Source: Gammaproteobacteria bacterium (GTDB taxonomy: Bacteria > Pseudomonadota > Gammaproteobacteria > Pseudomonadales > Moraxellaceae). Taken from it: a DNA stretch of 64,000 bases. The stretch is taken from assembly GCA_046566745.1 (NCBI GenBank), contig JBKHWB010000001.1:23934-87933 (forward strand), written 5' to 3'. Numbering within the stretch: the stretch's first letter is position 1; the number at the start of each line of letters is the position of its first letter. A model generated the notes under the pieces. That model was not told the origin of the DNA, ran no database searches, and saw nothing but the letters and a program-made list of their open reading frames with translations. Made by a program: the position numbers and the translations under genes. Of this stretch, positions 39,988-47,454 are shown piece after piece.

Positions 39988-41007
39988 TCAGAAACGGTCA
40001 GCAGCCCGGTTCAGCACACGAACCACCATGGCGATGGCATGCGGGATTACCACGCGTCCCACGTTGCGACGATCGTTGTGGTCGGTGCTGGACAACACGA
40101 TACCGCCCTGCGAGTAGGCAATGGCGCCCCCTTGGGTCAGCAGCGGGCGAATATCCGTTGCGCTGGCCGCCACCGGCGCCAGGTTGTTCAGGGCCGATGC
40201 CACCAGTGCCGGGTTAGCCAGGCCTTCGCTGTCGTAGTAGTCGCTGACCCAGGATTCCCAGCCGGCATGATTGAGCGCCGACGTGGTCCAGACATGGTGC
40301 GGCTGCAGCAGGTCGGTGGTGTGCAGGACAAAGCCCAAGGTCTGTACGGTCGGGTTGGCCAGGAACTGGCTGAACCAGTACTGGCCCAGGTTGTCGATCG
40401 GCTGGAACGGCATCTTCTCGAAGTCGGCATACATGCTGCGGGTCGAGTAGCCCCCCAGGCGGTAGTTCTTTTCAGTCTTGTCGTAGGCGTTGTACTTGCT
40501 GCTGTCCGAACTCCACCAGCCAGTGAGGTTGCCCTTGCCGTCGTCGAGATAATCGCCATACAGCCAGGAAGCGGCCATGTTGTCGATGTCACCCCAAACC
40601 GTCAGCTTGGCATAGTTGTAGCCGCCGAAATCATTGCCGTGAACGTCCGTGCCTTGGGTCTGGTTCTGGAAATGCCAGTAGGAAGTGTACTTTACGATGC
40701 TGGCACCAGCACCCCAGACAGGGGCCAGTTGGCAGTTGCCGGTGGTGGCGCCACAGATGTAGGTATCGGCAAAGTCATCCACGTCGTAAGCGCCCTGGCC
40801 CAGAGCCAGCGCGAACTGGTCAATGGTGTAACCGGCATTGGTCGCCGCCGCCGAGAGCTTGGCGTAATTGGTGGTACCCGGATTGGCCTTCATGTAGTTG
40901 ACAGCGTCCACCACGATGCGACGGTGGGTATCCTGACTGAACGCCTGAGCCTGGACGGAGGTCAGGGCGGCAGCGGACATCAGCAAGGAACAGGCAATAC
41001 GCTTCAT
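39988..41007 (-). CDS. Secreted zinc-dependent phospholipase C-like protein
   Basis: Signal peptide ..TSVQAQA|FSQDTH. Motif order DTHRRIV / YDVDDF / SYWHF / LHTTDLLQPHH / NHAGWE parallels, by eye, the zinc-ligand blocks of Bacillus PC-PLC. Confidence 0.6.
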   Translation of the reverse strand: MKRIACSLLMSAAALTSVQAQAFSQDTHRRIVVDAVNYMKANPGTTNYAKLSAAATNAGYTIDQFALALGQGAYDVDDFADTYICGATTGNCQLAPVWGAGASIVKYTSYWHFQNQTQGTDVHGNDFGGYNYAKLTVWGDIDNMAASWLYGDYLDDGKGNLTGWWSSDSSKYNAYDKTEKNYRLGGYSTRSMYADFEKMPFQPIDNLGQYWFSQFLANPTVQTLGFVLHTTDLLQPHHVWTTSALNHAGWESWVSDYYDSEGLANPALVASALNNLAPVAASATDIRPLLTQGGAIAYSQGGIVLSSTDHNDRRNVGRVVIPHAIAMVVRVLNRAADRF

Positions 41008-41145
41008 CTGGAAGACCCCTCGGGATTGTTGTTATCGAGGGCCGTTCAGCGCAGCCCTTATGGGATCACAGTGTAGGCCTGCGCGATTTCAACAGAATGA
41101 CCATACGGGACAGGAACAGGACAAATAGTGACCAAACGGCGGGCA

Positions 41146-42188
41146 TCAGCCCCGGTAATACCGGTAGTTGTTCCGTCCGGAGGCCTTGGCCTGGTACATG
41201 GCCTTGTCGGCACATTTGACCAGTTCATCCGCGTCGGTAGAGTCGTCCGGATAGATGGAAATCCCGATACTGCTCCCGACCTGGATCTTGCTGCCGCCAA
41301 TGTCTGTCACCCGGGCAAAAGCCTGCAGGATCTTGCCAGACACGAGACTGGCTGCACGACGCGGCTCCCGGCTGTCCAGCACCATCGCGAACTCGTCACC
41401 GCCCAGTCGTGCTACCAGGTCGCTTTCACGGGCACTGTCGCGCAACCGCGCCGCTGCCTGGCGCAACACCTCGTCACCCACATGATGGCCACAACTGTCA
41501 TTGATGGCCTTGAAGCGATCCAGGTCCACATACAGTACGGCAACACTGGTCTGGTTGCGGTTGGCATCGGCAATACGGGACCGCAGCATGTATTCGAATT
41601 CCGCCCGGTTGTACAAGCCGGTAAGCGGATCACGCTGCGCCTTCTGTACCAGCATACGCTCACGCTGGCGGCGAGAAGACACATCCCGGAACACCACTAC
41701 CACCCCTGAGGCAGGACCGTCGGCCGGCGAGGCTTGCAGCGGGTTGGCCGTGATCTCCACGGCAATGTCCTCCGACTCCCGACGCAGGAACAGGTCATCG
41801 CGATGCAAGGTGTCGCCCCTGGCGCAGGTATTAAGCAAATCGGTCACTGACCAGCCCGCCTGCTCCCCCGTCTCGTCAAAGAGCAGGAAAATATCGGAAA
41901 GCCGTGCGCCCACCAACTCCTTCAGCGACCGGCCCAACATCTGCTCGGCGGCCGGGTTGGCGTAGAACACGTTGCCGCTCTGGGTCAGTCCCAGCAGACC
42001 CTCGCCCAACGAGCGCAACAGCATCTGGTTGTGGTCACGCTCCTGCTGGAGCAGCCTCAAGCTGTCACGAAGGCTGCGCGTACGGCGATCCAGATCCAGG
42101 AACACCCGCACCTTGCTGCGCAGGATCTCGGGCTCGATGGGCTTGAACAGGTAATCTACCGCACCGGTTTCGTAGCCGCGAAAAATGT
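41146..42188 (-). pseudogene. 3' fragment of an IS-disrupted response-regulator diguanylate cyclase (REC C-terminal part + PAS-like + GGDEF)
   Basis: Begins ..RGYETGAVDYLFKPIEP (end of the receiver). GGDEF motif ARLGGDEFAM with RESD five residues upstream. The ORF-track ATG at 42195 lies inside the IS end. Confidence 0.85.
42181..42188. repeat. Target-site duplication, left copy (AAAAATGT)
   Basis: Identical 8-mer directly abutting both IS ends. Confidence 0.85.
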
Positions 42189-43492
42189 GGTTCATCGCGG
42201 ATTAGCGGGAAAGAGGTAGGGACGGACGGTGAAACGGGTTAGGTTGTTTGTGCGAGCAAATCACCGTCCGAGACACCGCCGTCATGCCAGATGCTACGTT
42301 TCCTGCCTGGGGCTGGGAAGGGTTTTTACCTCTTTCCTTTCAGCCCCGGTCCTCTCAAGAGCTGCTCATTACCCTGTCCCCCGATCCTGCTGTTTCACCC
42401 CGGTGTGGTCGATGCCAGCACCCTTGTACTCGGGTACACGACGTATCCGTGCGACTGGTGCGCGATCGGGATCTCTTTGAGCATCGCGTCTGGCTGAGCG
42501 TTCCGCTGCGTCGTCTGCGCTGTATCACCTGCGGGGTCACTCGCGAACATCTCGGCTGGCTGCCTGCCCGTTCACGGATCACCTGCCGACTGCAGTGTTA
42601 TCTCGAAGCGCTGGTGGCGCTGTTGCCTCTCAAGCATGTCGCCCAACTCACCGGCATCCACTGGCATACCCTGAAGGCCATTGATCAGGAGCGACTCGCT
42701 CGAAGCGTGCCCGAACCGGATCTGGGTCAAGTGCGTTTCCTGCTCATGGATGAGTTTGCCCTGTTCAAGGGGCATCGCTATGCCACCGTTGTCATGGATG
42801 CTGAGCGCAAACAGGTTCTGTGGGTCGGCGAAGGCCGCTCCCGGGCCGCCATACGGCCATTCTTCGAGTGGTTGGGCCCGCATTGCCAGCACATTGAGGC
42901 AGTCGCCATGGACATGAACACGGCGATGGATCTGGAAGTGCAGGCGAATTGCCCGCACGCCCGCATCATCTACGATCTCTTCCATGTCGTGGCCAAGTTC
43001 GGGCGCGAGGTCATCGACAAAGTCCGCGTGCAGCAGGCCAACCAGTTGCGCCAGCAGCCTCGTCAGCGGCAAATCATCAAACGCAGCCGGTGGTTACTGC
43101 TGCGCAATCGAGACAATCTCCAGGAAGAACAGCAGGTTCGCTTGCAAGAGCTGCTGGACGCCAATCAGTCCTTGCTGCTGGTGTATCTGATGAAAGAGCA
43201 ACTCAAGGAGCTTTGGTATGCGCCCTCAGAGCGGGTAGCCAAACGACGCTGGGGACAGTGGTTCCGGCAGGCGATGGAGAGTGGACTCGAACCCCTGATG
43301 ACCTTTGCCAGACGACTAAAGCCTTACGTGCACGGCATTGTCGCCAGTGCCACCCATCACCTGAACACCAGCTTGCTGGAGGGCGTCAACAATCGCATCA
43401 AGGTCATCAAACGCATGGCCTACGGTTACCGGGATAACAACTACTTCTTTTTGAAGATCAAAGCCGCTTTTCCCGGTATTCCGCGATGAACC
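42189..43492 (+). mobile_element. ISL3-family insertion sequence, 1304 bp
   Basis: Terminal inverted repeats GGTTCATCGCGGATTAGCGGGAAA / GGTTCATCGCGGAATACCGGGAAA (22 of 24 identical), a single transposase ORF, and 8-bp direct repeats on both flanks. Confidence 0.85.
42248..43489 (+). CDS. ISL3-family transposase
   Basis: Zinc-finger-like CGRC..CITCG, DDE region LLMDEFALFKGHRYATVVMD, C-terminal ..NNRIKVIKRMAYGYRDNNYFFLKI... Start uncertain (ATG 42284 is also possible). The stop lies inside the right IR. Confidence 0.85.
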   Translation: MCEQITVRDTAVMPDATFPAWGWEGFLPLSFQPRSSQELLITLSPDPAVSPRCGRCQHPCTRVHDVSVRLVRDRDLFEHRVWLSVPLRRLRCITCGVTREHLGWLPARSRITCRLQCYLEALVALLPLKHVAQLTGIHWHTLKAIDQERLARSVPEPDLGQVRFLLMDEFALFKGHRYATVVMDAERKQVLWVGEGRSRAAIRPFFEWLGPHCQHIEAVAMDMNTAMDLEVQANCPHARIIYDLFHVVAKFGREVIDKVRVQQANQLRQQPRQRQIIKRSRWLLLRNRDNLQEEQQVRLQELLDANQSLLLVYLMKEQLKELWYAPSERVAKRRWGQWFRQAMESGLEPLMTFARRLKPYVHGIVASATHHLNTSLLEGVNNRIKVIKRMAYGYRDNNYFFLKIKAAFPGIPR

Positions 43493-43500
43493 AAAAATGT
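43493..43500. repeat. Target-site duplication, right copy (AAAAATGT)
   Basis: Identical to 42181..42188. Confidence 0.85.
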
Positions 43501-43777
43501 ACCGCTGCTCCTTGCTGATGGCGGTGAGGAAGATGATGGGAACGTTCTCGGTGCGTGCGTTGCTGCGCATCACTTCAGCCACCTCGAATCCATCCAGGTC
43601 GGGCATCTGCACGTCGAGCAGCACCAGGGCAAATTCCCGCTGCAGCAACAGCTTGAGCGCCTCCTGCCCGGATGACGCCTTCACCAGGTCGACGGGCTCT
43701 CCATCAAAAACCGCTTCAAGGGCGACAAGGTTGCTGTGCTGGTCATCGACGACGAGGATTGCCGGTTGCTGGGTCAT
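43493..43777 (-). pseudogene. 5' fragment of the IS-disrupted response-regulator diguanylate cyclase (first 95 aa of the receiver domain)
   Basis: MTQQPAILVVDDQ..LVLLDVQMPDLDG..PIIFLTAISKEQRYIF, after which the reading frame runs into the IS. Confidence 0.85.
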
Positions 43778-43919
43778 GCAGGAAAACGCCTGTGTTTGCG
43801 GAGTAACGAATCGGTGAACGCCAAGCCTTCACCGGGACATCATGCCACGGCTTTGGCGACCAGAGTACGGGCCACACCCTGCTGTTCGTCTGCGACTGAT
43901 GGTCGTTCGGCGCTCCGTT

Positions 43920-45053
43920 TCAGGCCTTGCCGACGGGATGTTTCCCTTCAGGACTGCCCTGCCGTCGCCACTCACTCGGCGCTTTTCCGGTCCATCCGCG
44001 AAAGGCCCGGGTGAAATTGGCCGGATCTGCATATCCCAGCAGTTCGCCAACCTGCCTGACCTCCAGGTCGGGATTCTGCAACAAGCGGCAGGCATCCCGG
44101 CGACGAGCTTCCTCCAGCAACTGCCGGTAACTGCTTCCCTGCTCCTGCAAGTGACGCCGGAACGTACGTGTCGTCATGAACAGCAACCCGGCAATCCCCT
44201 CCGGTGACAGGTATCCCTCAAGCCCCAGCTGCAGGGCGGCGCGCGTCCGCTGCAATACCGGATCGGCCCCACCCCCCATCAGCGCGCTCTCGCGCTCGCA
44301 TTGCGCCAGGGCATGCGCCAGTCCCTCCGGGTTGGCCGTGGCCAGCGGAAAATCCAGCGATTGCTTGTTACCGGTCAGCCTTAACCCCGCCGCCGGCATG
44401 CCAAAGCGCACCTGTTGTGGCAGACGTGCACGCCGTGACGCGAAACCCTCCGGTTCATCGCCCTCCAGCCAGATCTCCGTTGTTACCGACAACTCCGGCA
44501 GCACAAACCGGATGCCCTGCCACATGCTTGTCAGCATGGAGCTGAACATGAAATCGCGCTGGATCGACGGCAGGGGAATCTCCAGGGACACGCCAAAGAA
44601 CACGGCCTCCTCCGACTCGCTAACGGACATGGTGACCCCACGGCCGCGCAGGTGCCAGAAACGCTCCAGAATCTGCACGGCTACGCGCGGCGTTGGCGCA
44701 CACATCAGGGCATACCCGAGGCTGCCATGCGCGGTGAGCGGTAACCGGCCACCCGTCTCGAACCCCAGCGAGGGATCTGCCGTCAGTTCCAGCACCGCTT
44801 CAATGATCAGCCAGGTCTCCACGCAGGACAGGCGCCCTGCCGGATCATCCAGCAAATCACCCGGCAGTCCGGCGTGCTCCAGTACGTCCGCAGGCGCAAT
44901 GCCCTGATCCCTTGCCACCTCTACAAACAGACGGGGATAGGTTGCCGGCTGGTTGCGTTGTCGCGTCCAGGCAGGAAGACTGCTGAGGTACTCGGATGAC
45001 AAGGTAGGCACGGACTCCCCGACAAGGCCAACCATCATGGCCACAAATGACAA
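43920..45053 (-). CDS. AraC-family transcriptional regulator (AraC-binding-like N-domain)
   Basis: C-terminal HTH ..LLGYADPANFTRAFRGWTGKAPSEWR... The ORF-track start is TTG 45053, and ATG 45038 is an alternative. Confidence 0.8.
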   Translation of the reverse strand: MSFVAMMVGLVGESVPTLSSEYLSSLPAWTRQRNQPATYPRLFVEVARDQGIAPADVLEHAGLPGDLLDDPAGRLSCVETWLIIEAVLELTADPSLGFETGGRLPLTAHGSLGYALMCAPTPRVAVQILERFWHLRGRGVTMSVSESEEAVFFGVSLEIPLPSIQRDFMFSSMLTSMWQGIRFVLPELSVTTEIWLEGDEPEGFASRRARLPQQVRFGMPAAGLRLTGNKQSLDFPLATANPEGLAHALAQCERESALMGGGADPVLQRTRAALQLGLEGYLSPEGIAGLLFMTTRTFRRHLQEQGSSYRQLLEEARRRDACRLLQNPDLEVRQVGELLGYADPANFTRAFRGWTGKAPSEWRRQGSPEGKHPVGKA

Positions 45054-45115
45054 GTGATTTGTCCGCGAAGCGTCTCACAGTACGCCCTGACTGACCAGTA
45101 TCTTGAAGGCATCAG

Positions 45116-46018
45116 ATGACCGAACTGCCCATGGAGAATGACATGACCGCCTTTGCTCCCATTGCCAGGCTTACCCGGAAGCGCCAGCGCCCCGCGGCGG
45201 CCACTACGCCACCCGGCATGATCCCGGTCGTCCGCCGCCCGGATTTCGGCTTTAGCGAGGACATGCCCAAGTGGTGGTGGGACAACGATCCGTTCAAGAC
45301 CCTGTTGCTGGCCGCCCTCTCCTCCGGCTTCCCGCCAGGCGAACGTTTCTTCATCGACTCGGTGCGCCACTTCCAGGACCGCATCACCGATCCGGAGCTG
45401 CAGAAAGCGATTCGCGGCTTTATCGGACAGGAAGCCCACCATTCCCGCGAGCACCAGCAACTGAACGGCTTCCTCGAAGAACGCGGCATCAGGGTTTCGC
45501 GCCTGGAAAAGGAGATTGCCGACTTCATGAACGTGCTGCGCAAAATGAGCCCGGAACGCCAGCTGGCCCATACGGTAGCGGTTGAACACTTCACCGCCCT
45601 GATGGCCGAGGAGTTCCTGCTCAAGTACGACGCCCTTGAGGAAATGGATCCGCGCATGGCACCGATCTGGGCGTGGCATGCCATTGAGGAATCCGAACAC
45701 AAAGCCGTCGCCTTCGACGTGTACAAGGCCATTGGCGGTAGCGAATGGGTACGCGTGAGTGAGATGGCCGTGGTGAGCGTGCTGTTCCCGCTGTTCACCA
45801 CCCTGCACGTATACCAGTTGATGAAAGAAGCAGGCGAACACCGTAACTGGAAGAGTTGGGCCGCGGGACTCAACTACATGTGGGGAAAGCCCGGCATCTT
45901 CCGCAAGTTGCTGCCCGCCTACGCCAAATTCTATGCCCCCACCTTCCATCCGTGGAACCACGATGCGCGCGATCTGGTAGAGAAAGCCAAGCGCAAGTGG
46001 CTGGGTAACTGGGCCTGA
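45116..46018 (+). CDS. Protein of the 'predicted metal-dependent hydrolase' family, with a diiron-like E..EXXH..E..EXXH ligand pattern
   Basis: ..RRPDFGFSEDMPKWWWDNDPF..FPPGERFFIDSVRHF..GFIGQEAHHSREH..AVEHF..HAIEESEHKAVAFDVY.. matches my memory of that family. The longer antisense ORF is rejected. Confidence 0.7.
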   Translation: MTELPMENDMTAFAPIARLTRKRQRPAAATTPPGMIPVVRRPDFGFSEDMPKWWWDNDPFKTLLLAALSSGFPPGERFFIDSVRHFQDRITDPELQKAIRGFIGQEAHHSREHQQLNGFLEERGIRVSRLEKEIADFMNVLRKMSPERQLAHTVAVEHFTALMAEEFLLKYDALEEMDPRMAPIWAWHAIEESEHKAVAFDVYKAIGGSEWVRVSEMAVVSVLFPLFTTLHVYQLMKEAGEHRNWKSWAAGLNYMWGKPGIFRKLLPAYAKFYAPTFHPWNHDARDLVEKAKRKWLGNWA

Positions 46019-46042
46019 CAGCCCCGACATTTGCAACTAACA

Positions 46043-46080
46043 CGACGTCAGCCGACACTGCCAGGTGTCAGCTGACGTTG
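46043..46080 (+). terminator. Long hairpin downstream of the hydrolase-like gene
   Basis: CGACGTCAGCCGACAC-TGCCAG-GTGTCAGCTGACGTTG: 16-bp stem with 2 mismatches and a weak T-tract. Confidence 0.5.
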
Positions 46081-46230
46081 CTCTTCACGCTGGACAACCA
46101 CACCCGCACGGCATTGTTCCCCACGCTGAAACTGTGAGTCCCGCCAGCGCTGGCTAGTCGAAGCCCGCTGTTCCGCTATAGTCGCTTCTGCAGACAGCCC
46201 GCACCACAGTTGCTGGCCAGGGAGCGAATC

Positions 46231-47103
46231 ATGAAACATCTTGCCTTTGTTCAGCGCAACGATTCCCGTTCGGCGGTCGGCGATTTTTCGCCGGTCGTGT
46301 CGGTGTTGTCCTATTACGACCTGGGCAGCACGGTATCGCCTTTTCTGCTGCTCGATCACATCGGTCCGGGACGACTTCTGCCCTCGACACGACGGAAAGG
46401 CGTCAACGAACACCCGCACCGCGGCTTCGAAACCGTCACGATTGTTTACGCCGGTGAAATCGATCACCGCGACTCCACCGGTAGCGGAGGCATTATCGGT
46501 ACCGGCGATGTGCAATGGATGACGGCCGCTGCCGGCATCGTGCATAGCGAACTGTTCAGCGAAGCGTTCACCCGCGAGGGCGGGCCGTTCGAAATGATAC
46601 AACTGTGGGTAAACCTGCCCGCCAGGGACAAGACGGGAATGCCGGGTTATCAGAGCCTGACCAAAGCCGCCATCCCCCTGCTTGATTTACCCGGCCAGGC
46701 AGGAAGCGTTCGCGTGATTGCCGGCCAATTCAACGGCGTGAGCGGACCCGCACACACGCACACTCGCATGAATGTTCTTGATGTGGTGTTGGACGCCGGT
46801 CACACCGCCACCTTCCCGACTGAGGAGGGTGACACCGCCCTTGCATACCTGCTGAGCGGACAACTGCGGCTGACCCCGGACGACGTCATGGACGAGCAAG
46901 GCCTCGCTGTGATGTCACAGCAAGGCTCCGGATTCCGGGTAACCGCGACAGCAAAGAGCCGACTGCTGATCCTGACAGGCGCGCGCATAGACGAACCCCT
47001 CAATGGCCACGGCCCCTTCGTGATGAACAGCCATGAAGAAATCCTGCAGGCGTATGATGATTTCACCCATGGCCGGTTGGTTGTGCCACCTGTGCGCCCT
47101 TGA
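46231..47103 (+). CDS. Pirin-family protein
   Basis: ..HPHRGFETVTIVYAGEIDHRDSTG.. cupin metal motif. GGAG lies 6 nt before ATG 46231. Confidence 0.85.
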   Translation: MKHLAFVQRNDSRSAVGDFSPVVSVLSYYDLGSTVSPFLLLDHIGPGRLLPSTRRKGVNEHPHRGFETVTIVYAGEIDHRDSTGSGGIIGTGDVQWMTAAAGIVHSELFSEAFTREGGPFEMIQLWVNLPARDKTGMPGYQSLTKAAIPLLDLPGQAGSVRVIAGQFNGVSGPAHTHTRMNVLDVVLDAGHTATFPTEEGDTALAYLLSGQLRLTPDDVMDEQGLAVMSQQGSGFRVTATAKSRLLILTGARIDEPLNGHGPFVMNSHEEILQAYDDFTHGRLVVPPVRP

Positions 47104-47244
47104 GCGTCACTCGACCCTGTCGTCCTGAGTACATCGCCCTTGTCGTGCGGTCGTTTCAAAAAATGGGCAAGTTTTGGGTAACGGATGGGCAACGAAATTT
47201 TTTTGACAGGAAACAGGAAAGTTTTTTCAGCGCCCCAAAAGCAC

Positions 47245-47277
47245 AAAACCCGCAGTGCACAAGGCATTGCGGGTTTT
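47245..47277. terminator. Bidirectional rho-independent terminator (pirin / tRNA-Val)
   Basis: AAAACCCGCA-13 nt-TGCGGGTTTT. Confidence 0.7.
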
Positions 47278-47283
47278 GAAATT

Positions 47284-47360
47284 TGGTAGGCGCGACTGGA
47301 CTCGAACCAGCGACCCCCACCATGTCAAGGTGGTGCTCTAACCAGCTGAGCTATGCGCCT
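47284..47360 (-). tRNA. tRNA-Val (anticodon GAC)
   Basis: Manual cloverleaf: AGGCGCA-TA-GCTC-AGCTGGTTA-GAGC-A-CCACC-TTGACAT-GGTGG-GGGTC-GCTGG-TTCGAGT-CCAGT-CGCGCCT-A-CCA. It is nearly identical in its arms to the E. coli tRNA-Val(GAC) I remember. One A7:C66 mismatch. Confidence 0.9.
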
Positions 47361-47408
47361 GGGGTCGTTCGATGGTGTGGGCCATGGGCCAACATCAGCG
47401 AGGCGCGC

Positions 47409-47437
47409 ATCTTACTGAATCATCCGGGGGGATTCAA
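47409..47437 (-). promoter_or_regulatory. Candidate sigma70 promoter for tRNA-Val (TTGAAT-N17-TAAGAT)
   Basis: Read on the minus strand in the tgpA/tRNA intergenic region, about 48 nt upstream of the tRNA 5' end. Confidence 0.45.
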
Positions 47438-47454
47438 GCCATGCAGCAAGGAAT

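Noticed and set aside
45035-46036. 333-aa minus-strand ORF, longer than the plus-strand gene it overlaps
   Set aside because: The plus-strand product matches a remembered conserved family signature. The minus-strand product is low-complexity with no motif, start context or operon logic.
47200-47277. Possible small RNA: TTGACA box followed about 45 nt later by a terminator hairpin
   Set aside because: No acceptable -10 element at 16 to 18 bp spacing. The hairpin is adequately explained as the bidirectional terminator for the pirin gene and tRNA-Val.
47284-47360. A7:C66 mismatch in the tRNA-Val acceptor stem as a sign of a tRNA pseudogene
   Set aside because: All other stems, invariant positions, the T-loop and the encoded CCA are canonical, and a good promoter and terminator flank it. 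A single acceptor mismatch is tolerated in functional tRNAs.
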